From positions 5,987-69,986 of the IMG/VR virus record IMGVR_UViG_3300007516_000014: a stretch of DNA of 64,000 nt; one strand, given 5' to 3'. The translations under genes and the position numbers were made by a program. This DNA comes from a virus. The notes under the pieces are model-generated. The model saw nothing but the letters and a program-made list of their open reading frames with translations. It was not told where the DNA came from and searched no databases. Positions 9,103-17,994 of this stretch are shown here, one piece after another. Numbering within the stretch: position 1 is the first letter of the stretch; each line of letters opens with the position of its first letter.

Positions 9103-10040
9103 GCAAGTTTGAAATTCGGTACATGAACATGGCCGGGAAGGACTGGAGTCACTCGATGGTCAACGACAACAAGAAGGAGGCCAGTCCGCTTACCGCTGAG
9201 GAGTACGACGCGCTCAAGTCGAACGTGTCGGCCCGTCGTGATCGCTCATATACCCAGCCGAACCTCCCCGCTATCACCAGCTCGCACAAAGATGACGGCA
9301 TAGGCCAGTATGAGCCCTGGGACGATGATTTGATCGACACGGCCACTACCCCCCACGCAGGGGAGCCAAAGGCCAAGACCGAGGGAATTTCAGCCCCTTA
9401 CGTCCGTTGTTACGAAAGCCACACACCACTTCAACTCGGTGACGGTATGGTGGTGTACGGCGGCTCCTGCCACAGCCCGGTCGTCACGGATGCCAACATT
9501 TACGTGGCGCTCGACGGTGGCTTCAAGAATACGACCCGCCACTGGCCGTGGACGGAGTCTCCCGCCCTGGAGATCAGGTTCCCGATTGACGACATGCAGA
9601 TACCGAAGTCGAAGAAGGACTTCGTGCAATTGATTGCATGGCTGGCCGAGGGGATTAAGGCCGGGAAGAAAGTCCATGTCGGCTGCATCGGAGGCCATGG
9701 CCGGACCGGTATGGTCCTCACAGCCCTGCTAGCGGCGTTCAATCCGGAAATGAAGGATGTGATCCAGCAAGCTCGGGCTGGCTACTGCACCAAGATCGTC
9801 GAGTCTGACAAGCAGGTGAAGTTCCTGATGGAAGTCACCGGCTGTGATACGGCAGCCGCCGCCAAGTCATCGGACTCGACGTACGCAAGCTGGAGCAAAT
9901 CCGGCGCGGGCAAGCAAGGTTCGCTGTGGAGTGCCGGTGGTAAGTATCAGGGTGGCAGCACGAGCATAGGCTCGAAGGTTGCCTTCGCGGTGAACAGCGA
10001 CACCTGCGTGTGGGGAAATAACGCAATAAGCAAGAAATAA
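9099..10040 (+). CDS. Second CX5R phosphatase with long N-terminal extension
   Basis: FPIDD loop, VHVGCIGGHGRTG, IVESDKQ; GTG overlaps the upstream stop (GTGA). Confidence 0.85.
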   Translation: MSKFEIRYMNMAGKDWSHSMVNDNKKEASPLTAEEYDALKSNVSARRDRSYTQPNLPAITSSHKDDGIGQYEPWDDDLIDTATTPHAGEPKAKTEGISAPYVRCYESHTPLQLGDGMVVYGGSCHSPVVTDANIYVALDGGFKNTTRHWPWTESPALEIRFPIDDMQIPKSKKDFVQLIAWLAEGIKAGKKVHVGCIGGHGRTGMVLTALLAAFNPEMKDVIQQARAGYCTKIVESDKQVKFLMEVTGCDTAAAAKSSDSTYASWSKSGAGKQGSLWSAGGKYQGGSTSIGSKVAFAVNSDTCVWGNNAISKK

Positions 10041-10096
10041 CTCTTGCTTATGCTCGTCTAATAGCTAGGGTTCGGCGGAGACCAAGGAGGGTCCTG

Positions 10097-10939
10097 ATGG
10101 CAATCATCATAAATTCAATCAACGGTTACGCGCTACTTGAGAAAGCGGTGGCCGGACTCTCTACGAGTTCGTGCGTCGCAGACCTGAAGGCCGCGTCGGT
10201 GTCGATCCATATTACGCCGACGAAGGTCGTGTTCAGGCAGGGGCCGGAGACCTTGTCGGCCTTCATGTGCAAGTCGAGCGATCTTGAAAAGATCAGCAAG
10301 GGCGGCCCGATGTCACCCGGAGTGGCCGCTTCGTTCAAGAACGCTCTGAACCATGCCTGGAGCGCCTTGCAACACGAAAATAGCGGCGCTGAACCGCTCA
10401 CGCCGACCGGCACTGTGCAGGCCGGTCCGGCGCACAGTGTGAAGTCTCACGAGATTAAGACCGTGATCGACATGCTGCTCCAAAGTTCCCCGAAGAATAC
10501 GGCGTCGACCGACACTGTGCAGGTCGGTCCGGGACATACAGCTCCGCTGTCGGTTGGACTGTTCCCGGTCGCTCAGATGCAGACGGCTCCGCTGGTTCCC
10601 CTGGAGACTGCCGACAGGCTGTATCAGCCGGTCAATGGCAGCAGCGGTGGCAGCCGCTATTTCGTGGTCGCCCTGCGTAGCGATCTGAAGGTCGCTGCCC
10701 GCTATCGTGGCGACAAGCTGTCCATCCGGGTCGAGGGCAAAGCGCTCAAGGTGTTCTCCAAGGCTCTGGATGTCGCGGGCTTTGCCAGCAGCAACGGACC
10801 GTATCGGTCGCTCCATCTTGGGCCGCTCGGCGGACCGGTGATGGCAGGGCGCACTCTAGGCTCCGTCCTCTGCGGGATGAATATCGACTTCGTGTCGACT
10901 ACTCCGCAGATCGGGGTGATCGCCAACAAGGGTAACTGA
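10097..10939 (+). CDS. Hypothetical protein
   Basis: SD hairpin; 280 aa; internal 27-bp repeat. Confidence 0.75.
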   Translation: MAIIINSINGYALLEKAVAGLSTSSCVADLKAASVSIHITPTKVVFRQGPETLSAFMCKSSDLEKISKGGPMSPGVAASFKNALNHAWSALQHENSGAEPLTPTGTVQAGPAHSVKSHEIKTVIDMLLQSSPKNTASTDTVQVGPGHTAPLSVGLFPVAQMQTAPLVPLETADRLYQPVNGSSGGSRYFVVALRSDLKVAARYRGDKLSIRVEGKALKVFSKALDVAGFASSNGPYRSLHLGPLGGPVMAGRTLGSVLCGMNIDFVSTTPQIGVIANKGN

Positions 10940-10941
10940 TC

Positions 10942-11178
10942 GTGGTCAAGGCAATCAAGGACATGGAAGTTGGCGAGGCGATGGTAGGCAAGCCGCTGAT
11001 GGTCAACATGAGTAGCGAGCCTGTCGTCCTGACCCTCATCGAGAAACGCGCTGAGGGCGAGGCTAAATTCAAGGCCACGTACATGGGCATCGACATCGGT
11101 GACTTCGTCAGTGAGCCCAAGGGCAAGAAGACGTTGTGGCGGCGAACGACCAAGCCCAGAAAGGCGGTGGCGTCATGA
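10942..11178 (+). CDS. Hypothetical protein
   Basis: Tightly packed ORF, coupled to the next gene (ATGA). Confidence 0.65.
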   Translation: MVKAIKDMEVGEAMVGKPLMVNMSSEPVVLTLIEKRAEGEAKFKATYMGIDIGDFVSEPKGKKTLWRRTTKPRKAVAS

Positions 11179-11639
11179 GCCATACATCTGAGTTCTACCC
11201 GTTGGCCGACGCGCTAGCGATGCGGTTCAAGGTTGACCTGGAGGTCTTCCAGCTCGAAGGATCAGGCGATGTCACTGTCGACATCGGCCAGTTCAGCATC
11301 AAGCTGTCCCTCACCACGATCAGCTCAGTCATCGACAATGATGGTTCTGTCGCCATGCTGATCGAAACAAAATCTGGCAACCTTGGGTTGTTCGTGGTAT
11401 ATCGACCGTCCACCAAGAGGATCGAAGTGTCGCCCGTCGACCTTTCGATCTTGCCCAAGGAGGGGCAGGTCTTCTTCGAAGATTTAACCGTCATCTCGGT
11501 GGCTGTCGCCCGCGAACTGTCTCTGTCCATGATGCGAGCCTATCGGACGTTCGTCATGGACTACAAACAAGGATGGTCTGAAGTATGTCACGAACACTCG
11601 TCTTCTGGTACGCCCAGCACGGAACCGCCCACGCCCTGA
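11175..11639 (+). CDS. Hypothetical protein
   Basis: ATG 11175 overlaps the upstream stop. Confidence 0.65.
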   Translation: MSHTSEFYPLADALAMRFKVDLEVFQLEGSGDVTVDIGQFSIKLSLTTISSVIDNDGSVAMLIETKSGNLGLFVVYRPSTKRIEVSPVDLSILPKEGQVFFEDLTVISVAVARELSLSMMRAYRTFVMDYKQGWSEVCHEHSSSGTPSTEPPTP

Positions 11640-13954
11640 TCACGAAGGCGCTACAGGCGTACGAGACCAAGCCCGCGTACCGCTTGCACACATATAGCGG
11701 TGCCTTGTACGTCCCGGCCCCTGACGAAGTCGTCCTGGCCATGGGCAAAGACCTGCTCGACACGCTGGCCGCCGCCGGCATCACGCCAAAGAAGCGCACC
11801 GTAGACAGCGTGCGCGGCAAGGCGTTCAAGGCCTCCAGCGGCGGCGAGTATCTGGTGACGTACAGCCCCGCGATGACGGCCATCGACTCCGCCAAGACGG
11901 ATGAGATTGCCTGGGACATTCGCCTCGCGGAGCGGTTGGTTCGCACCGGGCAACTCAAGCCTGAGACAGGCACGTATCGCTGGGTGCAAGACTTCAGCGA
12001 GCTGGTCAGTGCAATTGAATGCACGTACGCGAAGACCGGCAAGCCCGTCACGGTGGGTGGTGACACGGAGACGCTCGGGCTTCAACCGTATGATGGAGCG
12101 CCGCTGGTAGCGGTGGGCTTCACGGATCGAGCCAGGTTCGCGGACTGCCTGCACCTGCACGACATCCAGACCGAGGCGCAGGCGATCAAGGTGATCGAGA
12201 CCTTGCAGTTCCTGCTGACGTCCCCGAAGGTCAAGATGGTCGGGGCCAACTTCAAGTTCGACATGATGTGGTTCGGTGTGCGGCTCCAGGTCGAATGCAC
12301 GAACTTCGCCTTCGACACCCTGTTGGCCGGCAGCCTGCTGGACGAGAACCGCAGCAACAGCCTGAACAACCACGCCAAGATTTACACGACCATGGGCGGA
12401 TACGACGACGCCTTCAATGACAAGTACGACAAGTCGCGGATGGACCTGGTGCCAAAGGCGGACATGCTCGAATATCTGGGCGGTGACGTAGACGCAGTCT
12501 TCCGGTCCGCAACCAAGATCAGGGAGGAACTGCTTGCCGTACCGGCGCTCGCCAATTTCTACATCAACCTGCTGCATCCAGCGGCGCTCACCTTCGGCCG
12601 CATGGAGCGGCGCGGCATCCTCGGGAGCCCGGAACGGTTCGAGGCGTTGCGCGTAGAGTTGGAAGGGCAGGACGGCAAGGGCGGCGCTCTCGGGGCGCTG
12701 GACGAGAAGGCCATCAGCCTGCTGCCTGCTCGTATCCGGATGAAGTATGCCGACGATCTGTCGATGAACCGGGGAGCCTTGTTGAAGGATTACTTCTTCA
12801 GCCCTCTAGGGCTCAATCTAAAGCCCCTGGTGGTGACACCAAAGACTGGTGAACCCTCGACATCAAAGACTCATCTTTCCATGTTCTACGACCGTCCCGA
12901 GGCCAAAATGATGGTCGAGACCATGGCGGCTCGCGGCAGCGCGTCGAAGGTGCTCACGACGTACGTCAAGGGCTTCCTGAAGCACCTGCGGTCCGATGGA
13001 TATTTCCATCCGTCGTACATGCTGTTCGCCGGCAAACTGTTCGACAACGACAACGACGATAGCGGCACGAACACCGGTCGGACGTCGGCCAAAGACCCGG
13101 CGATCCAGACCGTGCCCAAGCGGGGAGAGTGGGCCAAGAAGTTGCGGCAATGCTTCCCGGCCCCTCCCGGCATGGCCTACTGGTCAACAGACTGCATGCA
13201 GGGTGAATTGAAAATTGCAGCCTGTCTGTCGAACGAAGAGAACATGCTAGCGGCGTATCTCGCCGGTCTCGATCTCCACGCTGTCACCGGCGCATCGATG
13301 ATGGACATGGAGTACGAGGAGTTCATGCTTCTGTCGGATGACGTGAACAACAAGGAGCAGATGGGCATCTTCGAACTGGGTCGGTACAGGGCCAAGGCCG
13401 CCAACTTCGGTCTGCTGTACGAGATGCAAGCGGCGGGCTTTGTCCGGTACGCGTGGGCGACGTTCAAGATGATCCTGACCCTCGACCAGGCCCAGGACAT
13501 CATCGACAAGTTCTTCACCAAGTATCCTGGATTGCTCGACTGGCATGCGGCGTACAAGAGCATGGCCAAGCGGGACGGTTACATCTGCAATCCGTTTGGC
13601 CGGGTCCGTCATCTGCCGCTGATCCATAGCTCGGAGTGGCACGTCGCCGGCAAGGCCCAGCGTCAGGCGATCAACGCCCCGGTGCAGTCGTCCCTGTCCG
13701 AGATCACTTGCTGGGCGCTGACCAATATCGACAAGTACGTCGGACAGGCCCAGGCGGTAGCTATGATCCATGACGCCGGACTGGGCTACGCCCCGGAAGA
13801 TCAGATCGAGGAAGTCGGCCGGAGGATCGTCGAGGTCGCCAGCACCCTGCCGATCAAGGAGACGTTCGGCTGGGACCATCAACTCCAGTTCACGTTCGAT
13901 CTGGAGATCGGCCCGGACATGGGCAGCATGACGAAGGTCAAGATCGCCGCCTGA
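11585..13954 (+). CDS. polA: Family A DNA polymerase with 3'-5' exonuclease and N-terminal UDG-like remnant
   Basis: Exonuclease motifs DTET, ANFKFD, YLGGD; TGRTSAKDPAIQTVP; motif A DCMQGELK; motif B RYRAKAANFGLLY; motif C IHDA. Confidence 0.92.
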   Translation: MSRTLVFWYAQHGTAHALITKALQAYETKPAYRLHTYSGALYVPAPDEVVLAMGKDLLDTLAAAGITPKKRTVDSVRGKAFKASSGGEYLVTYSPAMTAIDSAKTDEIAWDIRLAERLVRTGQLKPETGTYRWVQDFSELVSAIECTYAKTGKPVTVGGDTETLGLQPYDGAPLVAVGFTDRARFADCLHLHDIQTEAQAIKVIETLQFLLTSPKVKMVGANFKFDMMWFGVRLQVECTNFAFDTLLAGSLLDENRSNSLNNHAKIYTTMGGYDDAFNDKYDKSRMDLVPKADMLEYLGGDVDAVFRSATKIREELLAVPALANFYINLLHPAALTFGRMERRGILGSPERFEALRVELEGQDGKGGALGALDEKAISLLPARIRMKYADDLSMNRGALLKDYFFSPLGLNLKPLVVTPKTGEPSTSKTHLSMFYDRPEAKMMVETMAARGSASKVLTTYVKGFLKHLRSDGYFHPSYMLFAGKLFDNDNDDSGTNTGRTSAKDPAIQTVPKRGEWAKKLRQCFPAPPGMAYWSTDCMQGELKIAACLSNEENMLAAYLAGLDLHAVTGASMMDMEYEEFMLLSDDVNNKEQMGIFELGRYRAKAANFGLLYEMQAAGFVRYAWATFKMILTLDQAQDIIDKFFTKYPGLLDWHAAYKSMAKRDGYICNPFGRVRHLPLIHSSEWHVAGKAQRQAINAPVQSSLSEITCWALTNIDKYVGQAQAVAMIHDAGLGYAPEDQIEEVGRRIVEVASTLPIKETFGWDHQLQFTFDLEIGPDMGSMTKVKIAA

Positions 13955-14114
13955 AGCTGCTACGTTGTCGCCCTTGGGTCGTAGCCTACCATTACCCAGG
14001 GGCCAAAGTAGGCGAAGCCAAAATCTCTTGTGCAATCAATTGCATTTTCTTTGACTTGGTCTGTTGGGGAGCTACGAAGAAGGTGCCCCAACGGGCCGAC
14101 CAAGGAGGGCTCAA

Positions 14115-14387
14115 ATGACAAACCAAATTCACTGGAGCAAGAAGACGCTGGTAGCCGAGAAGAAGTCGGCCTGGCACGATCACTCGTTCTTCGAAGTGCC
14201 GTTCACCGGAGAGTATGACTGGGCGAAGATTTCGAACGCCCTGTTCAGCCGCTTGACGAACAACTTCGTCAGCCGCTTCGGAGGCCAGACGGCCCTGGGT
14301 GAGGTCAGCCTGCTTCGACAATCCCCGACTTTCAGAAATGCTGCGCCTGGCTTAATCTCTGGCGCTTCTATCGGGCTGGTTCTATAA
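14115..14387 (+). CDS. Hypothetical protein
   Basis: SD hairpin before ATG 14115; promoter-like sequence and palindrome upstream. Confidence 0.65.
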   Translation: MTNQIHWSKKTLVAEKKSAWHDHSFFEVPFTGEYDWAKISNALFSRLTNNFVSRFGGQTALGEVSLLRQSPTFRNAAPGLISGASIGLVL

Positions 14388-14446
14388 AGCAACCAGCCCG
14401 GCTGGGGTAGGTCCAACTGGGGGCGATCATCGTCTAGCTTCGGCGT

Positions 14447-16357
14447 ATGGCCGCAAATAAAATCACGAAGACTCCTGTCTCCAAGGCGGAAGCCACCGTT
14501 TCGCTGATTGCGGCGGCGCTCCCTCCCGCAATGGCGTCGAACGCCTTGCAGGTCGAGGATGAGTTCAACCCGTTCTACATGACCGGCACGAACGCTACGA
14601 CCGGCCAAATCCTGCGCCCGCCCTACGATCCCCGCGTTCTGGAGCGCCTGACCCAGGAGAACAACACGCTCGGCAGCTGCGTCGAAGCCATGGTCGTCAA
14701 CGTAGACGGCACCGGCCACGTCATCGAGCTAGCGGTGAAGGACCCGGATGCCGATCCGGAAGAGGAAGACGACGAGGTCAAGAACAAGCTGGAGGCGTTC
14801 TTCAAGGAGCCGTTCCCCGGTGTGTCGTTCATGTCCATGCGCCGCGATCTGCGTCGGGATCTGGAGCGTGTTGGCTACGGTGCCCTGGAGGTGATGCGGA
14901 ATTCGAACGGGAAGATCGTCTTCCTTCGCAATGTGCCGGGCCGCACGATCCGCGTCGTCAAGCTGGATGCCCCGGTGTCGGTCAAGAAGACCGTGACCCG
15001 CGACGGCGTCGAAGTCTCGTACGACGTCATGATGCGCGAGCGGCGCTTCGTTCAGATGATGTCCGGCCAGATGCTGTTCTTCAAGGAGTTTGGAGCCACC
15101 CGAGACCTCCACAAGAGCGACGGCCTGTGGGCCTCACCCGGCCACCCGGTCACAGCGAAAAACCGGGCCACGGAGCTTATTTTCTTCCAGGTCGGTCAGG
15201 ACCCGAACAGCCCGTATGGCGTGCCGCGCTGGGAAGGTCAGATCCCGTCCGTGGTCGGTTCGCGGTCCGCCGAAGAGATGAACCTGACGTTCCTTGAGTC
15301 CGGCGGTCTGCCGCCTGCACTGATCATCGTTCAGGGCGGCACGATGGCCGGTGAGGCTCGCCAGGCTCTGGAGCGCCAGTTTGCTCCCGGCCATAAGGTA
15401 CGAGCGGCGATCCTGGAAGTCCCGTCCTCGGAAGGCACCATCGACAAGGCCGGTACGGTCAAGGTGTCGGTCGAGCGCTTCGGTGCCGAACGCGCCAACG
15501 ACTCGATGTTCGAAAAGTACGACGACAAGTGCTTCGAGCGCGTGCTGCGGGCGTTCCGCATCCCGTCCATGTTCCTCGGCAAGACGTCCGATTACAACTT
15601 CGCCACGGCGCAGACGTCGTATCTCGTCGCCGAAGCCCAGGTGTTCGGCCCGGAGCGGGCGCATTTCGACGAGATCATCACCCGCAAGCTGCTCCCGGCT
15701 CTCGGCGGGGCCGACTACGTCTTCAAGTCCAAACCGATCCAGATCAAGGACGTCACCCAGCAGATCGAAGGTCTGAAGCTGGCCGCGATGATGGCGGGTG
15801 CAGACCCGGAGAGCCTGATCGAGCAGGTCAATGAGATTGCGAAGGTCGATGTTGAGTTCTCGCAGGACGAGATCGACAAGGGAGACGCGCTGGCCCAGCA
15901 GCAGGCTGATGCCCAGTTGCAGGCCACGCTCATGGGTGCGCAGGCCAAGCTCGGCCCTGACGGCAAGCCCGTAGCAGGCCCGCCAGCCCCGTTTGGAGCC
16001 AAGCCCGGCGGTGCTGGGTTTGGTCAGAAGCCCGGTCAGGAGCCCGTAGCGAAGCCAGGAGCTGCTAAGGGTCAGGATGGCAAGCCCGCGATGCCCGGCA
16101 AGGCCAAGCTGACCGTCGTGAAGAATGAAGTCGTGCAATCAGTTGCACAGGATTTGGCCGACCGCGCGATGGTCGCTATGCGTCTGGCCAAGCTCGAAGA
16201 CCTGGCTGACGTCATGGGCCAGGCCGACCAGCTCAGTATCGAGGAACAGACCGCATTCCGCCGGGCCGTGGCGGTGCGTCAGTTCCTGTCCGTATCCGCA
16301 GACCCGGAAGGTCTTGGAGAACTTGCCGGCTGTACTGCCGAATTGATGAGAGGCTAA
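14447..16357 (+). CDS. Portal protein
   Basis: DLERVGYGALEVMRN, SPYGVPRW, FLESGGLP, AFRIPSMFLG, YNFATA; P/G/K-rich tail. Confidence 0.88.
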   Translation: MAANKITKTPVSKAEATVSLIAAALPPAMASNALQVEDEFNPFYMTGTNATTGQILRPPYDPRVLERLTQENNTLGSCVEAMVVNVDGTGHVIELAVKDPDADPEEEDDEVKNKLEAFFKEPFPGVSFMSMRRDLRRDLERVGYGALEVMRNSNGKIVFLRNVPGRTIRVVKLDAPVSVKKTVTRDGVEVSYDVMMRERRFVQMMSGQMLFFKEFGATRDLHKSDGLWASPGHPVTAKNRATELIFFQVGQDPNSPYGVPRWEGQIPSVVGSRSAEEMNLTFLESGGLPPALIIVQGGTMAGEARQALERQFAPGHKVRAAILEVPSSEGTIDKAGTVKVSVERFGAERANDSMFEKYDDKCFERVLRAFRIPSMFLGKTSDYNFATAQTSYLVAEAQVFGPERAHFDEIITRKLLPALGGADYVFKSKPIQIKDVTQQIEGLKLAAMMAGADPESLIEQVNEIAKVDVEFSQDEIDKGDALAQQQADAQLQATLMGAQAKLGPDGKPVAGPPAPFGAKPGGAGFGQKPGQEPVAKPGAAKGQDGKPAMPGKAKLTVVKNEVVQSVAQDLADRAMVAMRLAKLEDLADVMGQADQLSIEEQTAFRRAVAVRQFLSVSADPEGLGELAGCTAELMRG

Positions 16358-16361
16358 GACC

Positions 16362-16535
16362 ATGTCGTTTTTTACACGCCTGAAGCACGTAGCGGCGCAT
16401 GTCACGTTCGCCAAGCAGGACCGGCTGATGGCGAAGGCTCAGAAATTTAAGAACAAGGGCTTCTCGCGTGAGAAGGCTGGAGTAGAGTTCTCGGGCGGCC
16501 TAACCGACGCCGAGCTGGACTCTGTGTACAAGTAG
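16362..16535 (+). CDS. Small protein with MSFFTR leader (57 aa, missed by track)
   Basis: GAGG SD; MSFFTRLKHVAAHVTFAKQD...YK*. Confidence 0.65.
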   Translation: MSFFTRLKHVAAHVTFAKQDRLMAKAQKFKNKGFSREKAGVEFSGGLTDAELDSVYK

Positions 16536-16569
16536 GTTGGCGCAGAACGCCACAGACAGGAGCAAGCCC

Positions 16570-16854
16570 ATGAGCAATTTCACTCGCCTGCCCCGCGTCC
16601 AGAAGGCCGAGCAGCCTCGCGTAATGATCCGTAAGGGTCTGTACGAAGTGAGCCGCATCGCCAGTCTGACCCAGGAGCTGTCGTACCTGCGCGGCTGTTG
16701 CGGCGACAGCGACCCGGAGCTGTACAACCAGGTGGCCAATCTGTGCGACTTGCTGACCGACATGGTCGCAGAAGCCAAGGAGAACCTGGTCATGGGCGAT
16801 ATTCCGAGCGGGGCGTACGTGGCGGACACCGTCCCGGCCCCGCGCCCGTACTAG
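16570..16854 (+). CDS. Small protein with MSNFTR leader
   Basis: AGGAG SD before ATG 16570; MSNFTRLPRVQKAE... Confidence 0.7.
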   Translation: MSNFTRLPRVQKAEQPRVMIRKGLYEVSRIASLTQELSYLRGCCGDSDPELYNQVANLCDLLTDMVAEAKENLVMGDIPSGAYVADTVPAPRPY

Positions 16855-16856
16855 CC

Positions 16857-17081
16857 GTGTCGTTCTATACACGCCAGGCCCAGGTAGCTGCCGCCGTTCA
16901 TCGCGTGAAGGACGGTAAGTTCGCGTCGCCCGCTACGGGGCACGCGTTTGGTAGCGGCGGGAGCCACCACAAGAACATGACGCTCGCCGGTCGTGTAGTC
17001 GACGGCAAGCCAGAGACGATCCCGCCAATTGAAGACGGCCTGATCGACAGTCGGGTCGACGCGAGCATCGAACAGAGCTAG
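16857..17081 (+). CDS. Small protein with MSFYTR leader
   Basis: GTG lies 2 nt after the previous stop; (M)SFYTRQAQVAAAVHRVKDG... Confidence 0.6.
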   Translation: MSFYTRQAQVAAAVHRVKDGKFASPATGHAFGSGGSHHKNMTLAGRVVDGKPETIPPIEDGLIDSRVDASIEQS

Positions 17082-17107
17082 AAGTAGTCATGGCCAAGGA
17101 GGGCTTG

Positions 17108-17497
17108 ATGTACAAGAAATTGAAAATCCTCGTCATGTCGCTGCTCATGCTGTTCGCGTTCAGCATCACGCCGATTGCGGCGCAGCCCGCCCAGCCCAAG
17201 CCGTGCGCGGTCCCGATTGGCGCTGAGATCAAGAAGCTCCAGAGCAAGTTCGGAGACCTGATGGTCCTCATGTTCTCGGAGCATGAGGCCGTGTTCATGG
17301 TAGCGGCGTACAACGCCATGGACCCCAAGAGCACGTTCGAGGCCGACCAGGTGTTCATCATCACGGCACCCAGCCAGCCGGTCACCATTATCGCCTTGGC
17401 CAATGAAGGCTGTGTGGTCGATAGCAGCTCCGGTCCAGACCATTACGTTCGGGCGTTCATCAGTCTTGCCCGCCGCCGCGCTGGTCGCGAGACCTGA
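17108..17497 (+). CDS. Secreted/periplasmic hypothetical protein
   Basis: MYKKLKILVMSLLMLFAFSITPIAA looks like a Sec signal peptide; SD hairpin. Confidence 0.7.
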   Translation: MYKKLKILVMSLLMLFAFSITPIAAQPAQPKPCAVPIGAEIKKLQSKFGDLMVLMFSEHEAVFMVAAYNAMDPKSTFEADQVFIITAPSQPVTIIALANEGCVVDSSSGPDHYVRAFISLARRRAGRET

Positions 17498-17498
17498 A

Positions 17499-17753
17499 AT
17501 GTTCGTCACGCTGCAAGCCAAGATCATCGCGGGCCTGGTGGCCTTCGTGCTCGTCATGGGCCTCGCGGGCGGAGCCTATTTTTACGTCTATCACAAGGGT
17601 CAGACCGATGAGCGCAATAGCAATGCCGGGAGTGTTCTCCAGGAGTCGGAGTCGAGCCGCAAGCTTCGCGAAAGCAATGACGTTATCACTCGCAATCTTG
17701 ATGACGAGCGTGCTCTTGTCTGCCTGCGCAACCCCGCAGGTTGTTCAAAATAA
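17499..17753 (+). CDS. i-spanin (Rz-like)
   Basis: N-terminal TM helix, helical periplasmic part with C-terminal Cys residues; overlaps a lipoprotein gene. Confidence 0.75.
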   Translation: MFVTLQAKIIAGLVAFVLVMGLAGGAYFYVYHKGQTDERNSNAGSVLQESESSRKLRESNDVITRNLDDERALVCLRNPAGCSK

Positions 17754-17886
17754 CGGCTGCCAATGGGCGAAGCCCTTGGTCGTGTCCGAAGAACAGGTCG
17801 AAGTGTTCGCCGCGAACCTGCGCGTCATGCGTCCGCTGATGGATCAGATCAACAGCCAGAACACAACCCGCGCCGAGAAGTGCTGA
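17677..17886 (+). CDS. o-spanin (Rz1-like lipoprotein)
   Basis: Lipobox LLSAC; starts inside the i-spanin gene in another frame. Confidence 0.78.
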   Translation: MTLSLAILMTSVLLSACATPQVVQNNGCQWAKPLVVSEEQVEVFAANLRVMRPLMDQINSQNTTRAEKC

Positions 17887-17889
17887 GTC

Positions 17890-17970
17890 ATGAGTTGGTT
17901 TACCCGCATGTCGGCCAGCTTGCCACAGGCGAACCTTCCGACGTCGAGAAGATCGACAAGAAGTAGTTAG
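17890..17970 (+). CDS. 26-aa peptide with MSWFTR leader (possibly truncated)
   Basis: MSWFTRMSASLPQANLPTSRRSTRSS*; shares its leader with three nearby ORFs. Confidence 0.4.
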   Translation: MSWFTRMSASLPQANLPTSRRSTRSS

Positions 17971-17994
17971 CAGCTACCGGCCAAGGAGGGCCAA

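Noticed and set aside
13970-14003. Hairpin after polA as a terminator
   Set aside because: Large loop and no U-tract; insufficient support.
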